Assembly (NCBI GenBank): GCA_016926985.1
Contig: JAFGNO010000093.1
Span: forward strand, 2,933 to 66,932
DNA from: Anaerolineae bacterium
GTDB taxonomy: Bacteria > Chloroflexota > Anaerolineae > Aggregatilineales > UBA3940
Direction: 5' to 3'
Length of the DNA stretch: 64,000 nt
Shown: positions 34,851 to 44,511 of the stretch, in pieces
Layout of the letters: every line of letters begins with the position of its first letter
Numbering within the stretch: the stretch's first letter is position 1
The notes under the pieces: model-generated
The model's database searches: none
Seen by the model: the letters and a program-made list of their open reading frames with translations, nothing else
Told to the model about the DNA's origin: nothing
Made by a program: the position numbers and the translations under genes

Positions 34851-35977
34851 TCAACACCGTCAGTATAGAAAGGATCATTAATAAGCTGAATAAACGCTTC
34901 TTGCTTAGATTTTCCAAACCTACCCTCAAGCTCTTCACCATACAATATTTGAATATCGGTACCTTTCCTATGGAATAAGTACCAGTTCCGAGAAGGAATG
35001 TCATTAATAATGTAAGGATGATGACTCGTGACAAAGAATTGAATTTGTTTCTCAAGACGAAGAATGAAATCAGGAAAAAAATCAATAGCACTAATTCCAA
35101 GTGAATTCTCATACTCATCGATGATATAGATGGAATCATCCGGAGCAGAATAAATATCAGTAAGAATTAGGAGGATTTTTTGCATACCAGAGGACATATC
35201 AGGGAGTGGAATCCAGTCCTGTTGATTTCGTTCACGAATACAAAAAACCGGTACATTTAAAGGGAAAGCTACATTAGGCGAAACTTGAGCTAAATCTCGA
35301 AAGCTGAAATCACTAACAAATGAGAATGCGATTTTAAATTGCTCTTCAATTTCGGTGAAGAGATCTGGGAAATACTTATCCATCAAATACAATGTAGTAT
35401 TCAATCCAAACCCGGTCTTGTATAAAGCGCGTAGAGTTGGTTCGTTGTCAAACTTTTGATGAAGCTCTAAACTGACAGCCTCTAAATGAGATAATCTCGC
35501 CAAATCATCATGGAAGAATCGACGTCTCCTAATATTTTCGAATCCATTGAATATTGGCTGAACAACTTCCTCCTCCCTTAATAACGAAATTGCAGTCTTT
35601 CTAGCGGGAAGTTTTGGAAGATCAGTTGAACTGAACCTAAATTTTCCTGGCCTTCGATCTACTAAAACTTGACTTTCCTCATTCCCCAATATCTCAAGTT
35701 TCTCAAAAATTATCCTAGAATCCTCATCGGGGTTTACATCATCTGTTTCAATAACCCACTTGTAGGTTATGCCTGATTGCAGAAAAGTAATATCCCACTT
35801 TCCTTGCACAAACTTGTCTGCAGCGACAAAGGAACCAAGATTAAATAAAGTATTCAATAACCGAGTCTTCCCTGTTGCAGAATCTCCAACTAACAAATTC
35901 ATCTTTTGGAATTCAACGGGAGTAAAAGACCAATGTGTATGACCCTTACCATGACATTCATATCGTAGAATTTTCAT
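34847..35977 (-). CDS. ABC-type (AAA_21/OLD-like) ATPase
   Basis: LLVGDSATGKTRLL (Walker A), MSSGMQKILL (signature), IYIIDEYENSLG (Walker B), FVTSHHP (H-loop). Confidence 0.8.
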   Translation of the reverse strand: MKILRYECHGKGHTHWSFTPVEFQKMNLLVGDSATGKTRLLNTLFNLGSFVAADKFVQGKWDITFLQSGITYKWVIETDDVNPDEDSRIIFEKLEILGNEESQVLVDRRPGKFRFSSTDLPKLPARKTAISLLREEEVVQPIFNGFENIRRRRFFHDDLARLSHLEAVSLELHQKFDNEPTLRALYKTGFGLNTTLYLMDKYFPDLFTEIEEQFKIAFSFVSDFSFRDLAQVSPNVAFPLNVPVFCIRERNQQDWIPLPDMSSGMQKILLILTDIYSAPDDSIYIIDEYENSLGISAIDFFPDFILRLEKQIQFFVTSHHPYIINDIPSRNWYLFHRKGTDIQILYGEELEGRFGKSKQEAFIQLINDPFYTDGVE

Positions 35978-36124
35978 TGCATCCTACCTTTCTAATCCCT
36001 AGGAAAAATCTGTCCAAAATAATAAGTAATTAATAAAGTCAACTTTTTTATGAGGGTCCGTAAAAATTATCTACTCTACCGAATATTGTTCTATTTCGAC
36101 TAACAAGATTGATTATTGGTTTCT

Positions 36125-36724
36125 TCAAGCAAAGATATCTGTCAACACTGACCTATTAGAATCAGTATCACCGAATACCTGTAAACCTCTATTAAGTAGT
36201 TGAGTAGTTGCATCAGAGTTCGAATACTGTTTCCTCAAAACGTTAAACATTCGCTTAAACCGTTGATTCAATTTTGGCGTGACGATTGAAAGCATAGAAA
36301 CAAGGCGGAGATCCTTCGTATATCCGTATTTAAGGTCAACAATGTTTTCTATAAAGTAGCAAAGTTCCCATTCTTCAAGTACATCAGGAGAAGGGATATG
36401 GGAAATATCGTAACTATCGATGCCTCTGTCCAAAAGCCAAAGGTTTCTATACTTTTCGAACGCTTCATCTGAAGGTATCAATGGACCCAACTCTATTAAT
36501 GTAATAGCCAAGTGAATAAGCATGTCCATTATACGATGATTAAGCCTCAAGGTTTTCCCCTCTAAATTAAGTAAAGCTGCTTTTGTTGCCAATTCGATAA
36601 CGTGAGCATGAAGGAAGGGTAAAGATCCGTTATTAAAATCCCTTTTCTTCAACAAGATGATGTCTAGCATAAAATCATCAGCTAGGCGGCCAAAATTACC
36701 AGCAACCACATCCATACTTTCCAT
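36125..36724 (-). CDS. hypothetical helical protein (HEPN-like N-terminal helices?)
   Basis: 199 aa. LHAHVIELATKAALLNLEGKTLRLNHRIMDML resembles the HEPN helix pair. No Rx4H motif seen. Confidence 0.5.
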   Translation of the reverse strand: MESMDVVAGNFGRLADDFMLDIILLKKRDFNNGSLPFLHAHVIELATKAALLNLEGKTLRLNHRIMDMLIHLAITLIELGPLIPSDEAFEKYRNLWLLDRGIDSYDISHIPSPDVLEEWELCYFIENIVDLKYGYTKDLRLVSMLSIVTPKLNQRFKRMFNVLRKQYSNSDATTQLLNRGLQVFGDTDSNRSVLTDIFA

Positions 36725-37038
36725 TGCACATCCCTAATAATGCCGAGAAAAATCAAATTCAATTTCGATACTCTGCTGATTTTATTCAGTTTGACGCATC
36801 TGGTAGTAATTTCAGAAATTATGCAGCGATTAATTCCACCTCATATTTCTCTCTGAAAGTGATTATCTTTCAGAACACATCAAATTTAGCACATCTTCCT
36901 CCATTTGCCACTTCTTCTTGAGAGCCATATCTTCTTATCAGCGATCAGAAATGGTGTTTTCATAAACTACTCTTCACATTGCAAATACCGTTCATATCCC
37001 ATATATCCATACTGTTGTATTATTTATAATCCATACGG

Positions 37039-37067
37039 TTGACCACTATTACATTCTGTGATACAAT
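37039..37067 (+). promoter_or_regulatory. promoter of the portal/structural operon (TTGACC-17-TACAAT with TGn)
   Basis: TTGACCACTATTACATTCTGTGATACAAT. Confidence 0.55.
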
Positions 37068-37176
37068 CCCAATTAAGTAGAACCACTTCTGCACAAACAG
37101 AAGCAGTTCCAAACTGCCTTTCCCCCATTTAGGCTCTACCCCCTTTTGAGTTGCAAATTCATAGTAAGGATGACCG

Positions 37177-38700
37177 ATGCTGACCTATCCCGATTATTCG
37201 GATCTCAGCATGTCGCCGTTCAGCGATGGCCTGCAGCTCCTGTGGGACCAGGCGTTCACCGAGCGGCAGAAATACCACCATTACTTCTCCGGGGAAGTGT
37301 TCCATGAACGCGTCCAGGTGGAGGACGAGGACACCCAGGGTGATCCCCCCCTGCTCTACCCCGTGGGGATGAACCTGGTTCGGACCCTGTGTGTCTCCCA
37401 ATCGGAAGCCCTGTTTGGTGAATGGGAAGATATGGTCATGCGCTTCCGGGCCCGCCAGGACGTTGCCGAAGACACCTCCACCGAAAAAGCAATCGAATGG
37501 GCGCATCAAATCCTGACCGATAACCACTTCGAGACCCTCGGCTATGAATTGGCCCTCGATCGTGAAGTGTACAAGGGCTGTGCGGTCAAGATCAGCTTTG
37601 ATCTCACCCTGCCATCAAAAATCCGGCTGTCCCGCCTGCCACTGGATTACTTCTACCCGATCTGGGACCCCGACAATCCGGACCGGCTGCTGGAAGCGTA
37701 TCTGGCCGTCCCGATGTCCCTGGAGCAGGCACGAGCCCGCTACGGGGTCAAGATGGAAAACGCCCACGATATCGTTTTCCGCGTGGAGCACTGGACCGAA
37801 ACAACCTACGAAAGCCGCCTCAATGATATCCGGATTGACGAATATTCCGGTCACAACCCCTGGGGTGTTGTCCCAATCGAATACATCCCCCGCATGCGAA
37901 CGGATGACTGGTACGGCGACAGCCTGGCAAAGGAAATCATCACGGTGCAGGATGAGCTCAACATGCGCCTGGCCGACATGGGAGAAGCCGTCAACTACAA
38001 TTCGCACCCGATCCGCTGGGGCCGGGACCTTCCCAAGCAGTTCAACGCCCGCAACTTCCCGGTCGGTGCCTTTGCCTTCTGGAACCTGGGGCGTTCCCTG
38101 CAGGACAAAACCCCTGAAGTCGGTGTGCTTGAAGTCAAGAACCCGGTCCCGAAGGAAGGGCTGGATTACATCAACTTCCTGTATGACTGGACCCGGACCT
38201 CTTCCTTCTCCCCTCCAATCGCCTTTGGGGAGGATGACGGCGGCGGTCAACGCTCCGGGCGGACGTTGCAGATCCGCATGTGGCCCCTGATCCGGGCCAC
38301 CCGCCGCAGCCGGGCCTATTTCGGCGCCGGCATGATCCGCATTCTCCATAAAGCGGCTGCCATCATGCGGCAAAAGAACCTGGGTAATTCCTATGCGACA
38401 CAGCGGGTACTGGAAGGCCGACTGGTGGCACAGTTTGCGGAAATCATGCCGCAGGACGAAGCCGCAATTGTCGACAAGGTTGTACGCCTGCTGACCCTGC
38501 CGGTGCCACCCATGTCGCTGGAAACTGCGACCAAAGAGCTTGGCTATGGCGCCCGTGAAGTGGATCGCATTCGAGCCTATCTCTCAGATGAGCTGTTTCA
38601 GGACTATCTCAACAAGAAGCCGGAAGTGTCCACCCCTGGCGAGGAAACACTGGAACCACAGGATACGAAGGATCGCAAGGCCGACCGGAACCCAGAATGA
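37177..38700 (+). CDS. portal protein
   Basis: 507 aa. First structural gene after TerL (across the island). Size and position fit. No motif verified. Confidence 0.7.
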   Translation: MLTYPDYSDLSMSPFSDGLQLLWDQAFTERQKYHHYFSGEVFHERVQVEDEDTQGDPPLLYPVGMNLVRTLCVSQSEALFGEWEDMVMRFRARQDVAEDTSTEKAIEWAHQILTDNHFETLGYELALDREVYKGCAVKISFDLTLPSKIRLSRLPLDYFYPIWDPDNPDRLLEAYLAVPMSLEQARARYGVKMENAHDIVFRVEHWTETTYESRLNDIRIDEYSGHNPWGVVPIEYIPRMRTDDWYGDSLAKEIITVQDELNMRLADMGEAVNYNSHPIRWGRDLPKQFNARNFPVGAFAFWNLGRSLQDKTPEVGVLEVKNPVPKEGLDYINFLYDWTRTSSFSPPIAFGEDDGGGQRSGRTLQIRMWPLIRATRRSRAYFGAGMIRILHKAAAIMRQKNLGNSYATQRVLEGRLVAQFAEIMPQDEAAIVDKVVRLLTLPVPPMSLETATKELGYGAREVDRIRAYLSDELFQDYLNKKPEVSTPGEETLEPQDTKDRKADRNPE

Positions 38701-38810
38701 TCCATCCGTAGCACAACAAGCAGTCATTCCAGGCCCGTCCTCCTTGGGAATGGGTGCAGCTGACAAAGGGTTCAAAGCGGGCGGACGTATGTAGTTCAGG
38801 AGAAGAGAAC

Positions 38811-39932
38811 ATGGCATTAGACGCGCCAACCATTTCCAGCATCGCGGGCACCTATCAATCAACCGCTCCCAACGGTCCGTACGGCATCCGCTACCTTCTG
38901 GAGCAGATCGCAGCCAATCTGGAAGCAGCAGAACTTCCGGACGGCATCGCTCAAAATCCAGGCCAGGTCGCCAGTGCCCGTATCCGGATTGCCAGTGCGG
39001 TGCAGGACGCCGAAACCGTCACCATCGGTACAGATGTGTACGAGTTCGATACGCACGACCCGGCGCGCCTGGCAGCAGCCACCGCCATCCGGGTCAACGT
39101 GTCCGGCGGAAGTACGGTCCAGGCACAGGGCACCCTGACCCTGGATACCCAGCCCACTGCCGGGGATACCATGACCCTTGGCACCAAGGTCTACACCTTT
39201 GTCCCGGATGGCACAGCCAATGGTGATGGGGAAATCGACCGGGGAGCAGACCTGGCAGCAGCGAAAGTAAATATTGTGGCAGCCATCAATGGCACGGATG
39301 AAATTAATACGCCACACCCGCTGGTATCAGCAGCCGATTTCTCCAGTGATGACTGTGTGATCACCGCACTGGCCGGCGGCACCGCTGGCAACAGCATCCC
39401 CAGTACGGAGACCTTCACAGCAGGGACCAATGTTTTCGACGCCGAAACCCTGGGCACCACAACTGCCGGCGTTGACCCGACCGCAGGGGAAGCATCCGAT
39501 GCCCTGATCGCCGCCATCAACACAAGCGGCACCGAAGACATCACCGCGATCGACATCAGCGCCAATGAGGTGCTGCTGGTCGGAAGCGAAGTGGGAGCCA
39601 ATACGACGGCACTGTCAGAAACCTTGGCCGGGGCAAACAACACCATCGACGCTGCCATGGCAAACGGAGAAGCCGCAGCCGATGTCATCATCTTCCAGAC
39701 CAGCCGCGTGCCTGCCGCTTCGGATGTGGCCCTGGGCAACCTGTTCTTCGCCCTGGACTTCGTTCCCGACAGTGCCCTGGCACAGGTCCGGGTAACGGCA
39801 ACCGGCGCTCTGAAAGCATGGGACGGAAAACTGACCATCACAGGGGGAGATCATCCGTACGTTCAGCTGGATAACAGCGGCTCGACTGACTGGGCTACCA
39901 CCGATACCGTTTCATTGATCGCCTTTGCATAA
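38811..39932 (+). CDS. Ala/Thr/Gly-rich structural protein with internal repeats
   Basis: 373 aa from MALDAPT (AGGAGA RBS). Repeats ETVTIGTDVYEF and DTMTLGTKVYTF. Contains palindrome copy 11. Confidence 0.6.
   Translation: MALDAPTISSIAGTYQSTAPNGPYGIRYLLEQIAANLEAAELPDGIAQNPGQVASARIRIASAVQDAETVTIGTDVYEFDTHDPARLAAATAIRVNVSGGSTVQAQGTLTLDTQPTAGDTMTLGTKVYTFVPDGTANGDGEIDRGADLAAAKVNIVAAINGTDEINTPHPLVSAADFSSDDCVITALAGGTAGNSIPSTETFTAGTNVFDAETLGTTTAGVDPTAGEASDALIAAINTSGTEDITAIDISANEVLLVGSEVGANTTALSETLAGANNTIDAAMANGEAAADVIIFQTSRVPAASDVALGNLFFALDFVPDSALAQVRVTATGALKAWDGKLTITGGDHPYVQLDNSGSTDWATTDTVSLIAFA
39432..39449. repeat. 18-bp palindrome family copy 11
   Basis: GTTTTCGACGCCGAAACC. Confidence 0.8.
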
Positions 39933-39957
39933 GCACAGGCGATGGAGGCTTTAGCAC

Positions 39958-40602
39958 ATGACCGAAGACGTCCATGACCCTGTTCAGCAGGAAACCCCTG
40001 AACAGCAGCCAGCGACAACGACACAGGCACCCGTGTCACCCGACCTGGACTGGGAAGCCCGCTACAAGGGCTCCGTGAAAAAGATCCAGGACCTTACGAT
40101 CGAGAACCGTGATCTCAAGGCACAGCTTGAGCAGCAGACCTCAGACATCGAGCGGCTGAATGCCCACCTGTCAACCAGCGGCGTAGAAAAGGACGCTGCT
40201 GTTGGAGAACGGGACAAGATCATCGAGCAGCGTGTCCTTGAGCTGCAGGCCAAAGACAGAGAACTGGAGGAGCTGCGGAGCTTTAAAGCAAAAGTTACCA
40301 CCGCCCGTGAGCTGGATGCGCCGGAACTGATCGACATCATCGACAATATTCCGAGCGTTTCAGACCCGGAAGCCCTGAAGACTGTCATGGCCGATTTCAA
40401 ATCGTTCGCAGATCGTAAAGTCAAACAAAGAGAAGAGCAGTTGATGGCCGGCTTCACACCGCCGGTCGGACCGGTCAACAATACACCGACGAAACCATCC
40501 ACCAGGGATGGCTGGCAGCGGCTGGTGAACAACCTGCCGCTGGGGTCGGCAGAGCGCCAGAAGGCCCTCGATGACTGGTTTGAAAGCGGCATGCTGGAAT
40601 AA
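39958..40602 (+). CDS. scaffolding protein (putative)
   Basis: Coiled coil (DLTIENRDLKAQLEQQTSDIERL, ELQAKDRELEELRSF). Immediately upstream of the capsid gene. Confidence 0.6.
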   Translation: MTEDVHDPVQQETPEQQPATTTQAPVSPDLDWEARYKGSVKKIQDLTIENRDLKAQLEQQTSDIERLNAHLSTSGVEKDAAVGERDKIIEQRVLELQAKDRELEELRSFKAKVTTARELDAPELIDIIDNIPSVSDPEALKTVMADFKSFADRKVKQREEQLMAGFTPPVGPVNNTPTKPSTRDGWQRLVNNLPLGSAERQKALDDWFESGMLE

Positions 40603-40625
40603 CTGCTCACGAAGGAGCATGAACC

Positions 40626-41912
40626 ATGTCTGACTACGCAAGCGGCGCACTGTATTCAAGCTCTCTCCCGGCAGGGCAGCGAGCTTATTATGAGCAGGTC
40701 CTGCTCGATACGCTGCGCACACAGTCCATTCTCGTTCCGTTCGCCATCATGAAGGAAGACTTCCGCGCCCGGGACACCGGCCAGATCGTTTACACTGAAG
40801 TCTTCGATCCGGAACCAAACTGGAACTCCGTTGCCGAAAGCACCATCTGGCTGACCGGGCAGCATCTGGACAGCCGGACCGTGAATATCGGTCTTGAAAT
40901 TCACGGCGGCACCATCAAGGTTTCCGACTATAACGAGCTGGTCAACTTCTGGGCCAGCGGCGACTTGCGCGGCCTGTGCCGCGGCAAGCTCGGTGCCTCC
41001 ATGGTGACAGAGCTTGATATCCTGATGCGCAACGCCATCCTGGATGCGCCGGCAGCCTACAAGCATTTCTCCGGCGATGCCACCAGCCGCTATGAGCTGG
41101 CGCAGAGCGACGTGTTTGACGTCAACCTCGGCGGCCTGGTGCGGGTGCACCTGGAGGAGCGCGACATCCCTGGCGTGATGAGCCCCGAAGACGGCGGCGG
41201 TGAAGTGATCGTCGGGATCACCAGCCCGCGAGTGATCTATGACATCCGCAAGGCCGAGGGATCTGCCTGGCTGGATGTGCAGAACTATCACCAGACCGGG
41301 CGCCCCTTCACCAATGAAGCGGGCATGTGGGATGCCGTACGCTATGTTAAAACCAACCGCATGCGCATGTTCAACCACGGCAAGGTCATCGCCCAGACCA
41401 CGCTGAACGGCGCAACCGTCGTCGGCCAGGGTGCCAAACAGGTGGTCGATCAGGTCTACAACGTGGGCCAGAGCACCTCCACCCGCTACGTCACCGTAAC
41501 AGACAGCTCCGTATTCAGCGTGGGCGATATGGTGACGATCCACTATGAAGGGGCTGCTGTGGACGATGGTGATGGCGGGTTCGCCGTACCGGAAAGTGAC
41601 GGCACCCAGGAAACCCGCCGGGTTGTCGAGCTCAACGCAGGCGGCGCCAACCGCATCTCCTTTGACCGGCCCCTGATGAAGGAACATGCGGATGGTGACT
41701 ATGTAACCAGGGCTGTGACCATTCACGCCACCGGCTTCATGGGCGGTCCATCCATCGTCTACGGTGTGGGTGAACGCCCCCACCCCATGATCCTGCCCAA
41801 GTTTGACGACCTGGGCATGATCAATCGCTTCAGCTGGAGAGGTTTCCTGAAATTCCAGCAGTACCGGCCGGAATGGATTGAAGTCGTGGAAAGCGGCGGC
41901 AGTAACACCTGA
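40626..41912 (+). CDS. major capsid protein (N4-gp56-like by recollection)
   Basis: 428 aa. N-terminus AYYEQVLLDTLRTQSILVPFA. Position after the scaffold gene. Confidence 0.7.
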   Translation: MSDYASGALYSSSLPAGQRAYYEQVLLDTLRTQSILVPFAIMKEDFRARDTGQIVYTEVFDPEPNWNSVAESTIWLTGQHLDSRTVNIGLEIHGGTIKVSDYNELVNFWASGDLRGLCRGKLGASMVTELDILMRNAILDAPAAYKHFSGDATSRYELAQSDVFDVNLGGLVRVHLEERDIPGVMSPEDGGGEVIVGITSPRVIYDIRKAEGSAWLDVQNYHQTGRPFTNEAGMWDAVRYVKTNRMRMFNHGKVIAQTTLNGATVVGQGAKQVVDQVYNVGQSTSTRYVTVTDSSVFSVGDMVTIHYEGAAVDDGDGGFAVPESDGTQETRRVVELNAGGANRISFDRPLMKEHADGDYVTRAVTIHATGFMGGPSIVYGVGERPHPMILPKFDDLGMINRFSWRGFLKFQQYRPEWIEVVESGGSNT

Positions 41913-41927
41913 GTGTAAGGAACAGCG

Positions 41928-42593
41928 ATGACCACCTGGGCGCAGTTTCTGGCTGAGATCAGAACAGACATTCGTGATGACAGCGCGACCCCGCGCTGGA
42001 GCGATGCCCTGCTGCTGCTCTATGTCCGGGACGCGCTCAGGGACTATTCCAGCTATGTACCGCGCATTGTGCTGCGCGAAGAACTATCCGTGGTGGAGGG
42101 GGTCACTCCCCTCCCCGCGGAGCTGCTGGACATTATCTATGTGGAAAGCCCGCAGGACACGTACTTACTGGAGCGCAGTCCACAGCCCGGCACCCGTGTT
42201 CCAGCGGGATTATCCAAGCGATATTACTACCGACAGGGTGCTCAGCTGATCCTGTGGGGCGCCAGTTCTGAAGATCCGGTCTGGCTTACCTATGCAGCCA
42301 ATCACCTGGTCCCCGCCTCCACCGCAGAGACTACCTTTGAAATGACGTTCCCGGACATGGACGCGGAGATCATTCGGTTGTACGTCAAGGCGAAGGTGTA
42401 TGAGCAAATGCGCAGTCGGCAGAGTGCCCTGGACCGGTTCAAAAACCGCAATCAGGGCGGCACCTCCACCCGGCAGGATAACCCCCTGGAACCGGAAGTT
42501 GCCAATCTTATGGAGGACTACTACGCCAAAATTTCTGAACGCGTAGGCGGAACGGGTTTCTATCTCCAGGTGCGCAACCGGAGAAACCGATGA
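41928..42593 (+). CDS. head-tail adaptor/connector (putative)
   Basis: 221 aa. Position between the capsid and tail genes. Confidence 0.4.
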   Translation: MTTWAQFLAEIRTDIRDDSATPRWSDALLLLYVRDALRDYSSYVPRIVLREELSVVEGVTPLPAELLDIIYVESPQDTYLLERSPQPGTRVPAGLSKRYYYRQGAQLILWGASSEDPVWLTYAANHLVPASTAETTFEMTFPDMDAEIIRLYVKAKVYEQMRSRQSALDRFKNRNQGGTSTRQDNPLEPEVANLMEDYYAKISERVGGTGFYLQVRNRRNR

Positions 42594-43126
42594 ACGGGAT
42601 TAATCTGGAGATCACCCGTCACCTGCAATCACGGCTGACGGATCGACTGATAACACAGATTGAACTGGATGACCCGGCCAGGGTGAGCATTGTCAAGATC
42701 GGAACCCTGGATGGAGAACCGGACCCGGCCGACGGACGCATCACGATCAAAGTGCACGAAAACGATCCCGATGCCCTCGGTGGTACTGAATGGGTTGACG
42801 AGATCGTCTTTTCCGAGTGCGGCGGATCGGTAACGTGGTCGAGAAAGTTTTCTGTGAAAGCGAGAGCGTTGCTGGTCGATACAATGGAAAGTCTGGAGGA
42901 AGCGCGTTCGATTGCATCAACCTTGAAATCCCGGATCGAACTTGCGCTGTTGAGCGATCTTTTTACCGGGGTTCAGTCCGGAAATGAATATGTCAGCCGG
43001 GGCATCACCTCGGAAGATCTGGAAGTGGAGATGCTGCAGGGCGGTGGACCGCCGGATAGCTACGACTTTCAGATGAAATTCCGGTTTGACATCTGGACAA
43101 CCTTGACAGGAGTATATGATGGCTAG
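42590..43126 (+). CDS. head-tail joining protein (putative)
   Basis: 178 aa. ATGA coupling. Confidence 0.4.
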   Translation: MNGINLEITRHLQSRLTDRLITQIELDDPARVSIVKIGTLDGEPDPADGRITIKVHENDPDALGGTEWVDEIVFSECGGSVTWSRKFSVKARALLVDTMESLEEARSIASTLKSRIELALLSDLFTGVQSGNEYVSRGITSEDLEVEMLQGGGPPDSYDFQMKFRFDIWTTLTGVYDG

Positions 43127-44444
43127 TGCAGAAGGAACCTTTCTCGGGATCGCCAGGCAAAGCGCGAAGGGGACCCCGAATACTACCGATGCGGATTTCA
43201 AGTATTTTCTCTTCCGGCAGAGCAGCGTCAGTCCCAACAACATGCTGCTGCCGCTGGACATGGAAGTCGGCGGCGGGGCCATGTCCCGCGGGATGGTCAA
43301 GGCAGGCGTGACATCGGGTGGAGGTCTGGACCTTATCCCGCGTCCCTCCACGCTGGGCTCGCTGCTGTATGGAGCACTGGGTCAGGTCAGCACAAGCATG
43401 GCCCACGCAGATGCCGAAGCTGTCCTGGAGGAGACAGTTCTCACCACCAGCACCCAGACCATCACGACAGGACTTACGTCGCCCGTGACCCCTTCCATTG
43501 TCGTCGTTGTTCCCGGCCCTGCGGGGCTGAGCTTCTCCGGCACGGTCGTGGTGACCGGCACCGATGCAGCCGATGCACCTGCTACGGAGAATTTCATCTT
43601 TGATGAAGACACCGAAGCCATTGCCGGCACTCAGGTATTCAAGACCATCACGGAGGTTGGGCTGCCGGTTCGTGTGACCGAAGACGACACGATCTCGCTG
43701 GGCCTCGTGGATGCCTGGCAGCATACCTTCACCATACCGACCGATCCATTTGATGCGCCCTATTGGACCATCCGGCATGCACCCGGAGGGAAATGGGGTG
43801 AACAGTATCAGGATGCCCGCGTTGCAGCGTTAGGTCTGAACTTTGCCGGAGCCCGCTTTCTGGAAGGCGCTGCTGCATTCATGGGCGGCCTGCCTACCCC
43901 CGGTGTCTCCATGACAACCTGGGGTGCTGCGGCCCTGGTGGATGATGGCCCACAGTTCCTGGCACCAGTTTCGAGCATCCAGCTTCCCAGCGGCTCCAGC
44001 CTGAAGGTTCTCTCCGGCAGCGTCAACTTCGGATTGAACATCCCCCTGGATGAACAGTGGATTGTTGGTTCCTACGTACCGGATGCGTTTGATATCAATC
44101 AGCGTTCGGTGGCGTTTTCCCTCAATGTGAAAGTGGACGATGCGACCCTGTATAACAAGATGATGTATGACGGGGCCGGCGCGGTGACCGCCTGGGCTGC
44201 CGAGCTGTATGAAGAAGGCGATATCCTGCTGCGCTTCGACAGCCCGCAGGAAGCAGCGGAGGGAACACCCTACCGGCTCAGCATCACGGCCAACTCCAGC
44301 GAGAACAATGTCCAGTGGGCGGCATCTCCGATTGGCATCCGCGCCGGACGGCAGCTGGTCCTCAACCTGACCGGCCTGGTCAAGAATGTCAGCGCCGGGG
44401 ACCCCCTTACCTGCACCCTGATCAATCAGGATGAGAGCTATTAG
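43116..44444 (+). CDS. major tail protein (putative, extended)
   Basis: 442 aa. Immediately upstream of the G/G-T chaperone pair and the tape measure gene. Confidence 0.55.
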   Translation: MMASAEGTFLGIARQSAKGTPNTTDADFKYFLFRQSSVSPNNMLLPLDMEVGGGAMSRGMVKAGVTSGGGLDLIPRPSTLGSLLYGALGQVSTSMAHADAEAVLEETVLTTSTQTITTGLTSPVTPSIVVVVPGPAGLSFSGTVVVTGTDAADAPATENFIFDEDTEAIAGTQVFKTITEVGLPVRVTEDDTISLGLVDAWQHTFTIPTDPFDAPYWTIRHAPGGKWGEQYQDARVAALGLNFAGARFLEGAAAFMGGLPTPGVSMTTWGAAALVDDGPQFLAPVSSIQLPSGSSLKVLSGSVNFGLNIPLDEQWIVGSYVPDAFDINQRSVAFSLNVKVDDATLYNKMMYDGAGAVTAWAAELYEEGDILLRFDSPQEAAEGTPYRLSITANSSENNVQWAASPIGIRAGRQLVLNLTGLVKNVSAGDPLTCTLINQDESY

Positions 44445-44462
44445 CTTTTTGACGTCGAAAAC
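44445..44462. repeat. 18-bp palindrome family copy 12
   Basis: CTTTTTGACGTCGAAAAC. Directly after the major tail stop. Followed by the hairpin AGAGAGGggcgcccctgctCCTCTCT. Confidence 0.85.
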
Positions 44463-44511
44463 AGAGAGGGGCGCCCCTGCTCCTCTCTTCCATTCTCCCT
44501 GGAGGCCCTCC

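Larger units (their letters stand above)
28885..37100. other. AT-rich accessory island II between the terL/FmdB genes and portal (right end approximate)
   Basis: Abrupt composition drop. All large genes are on the opposite strand to the late operon. Contains a transposase remnant. No palindrome-family copies. Confidence 0.7.

Noticed and set aside
40656-41783. 375-aa ORF antisense to the capsid gene
   Set aside because: Shadow ORF with junk-like composition. The capsid frame has proper coding features and context.
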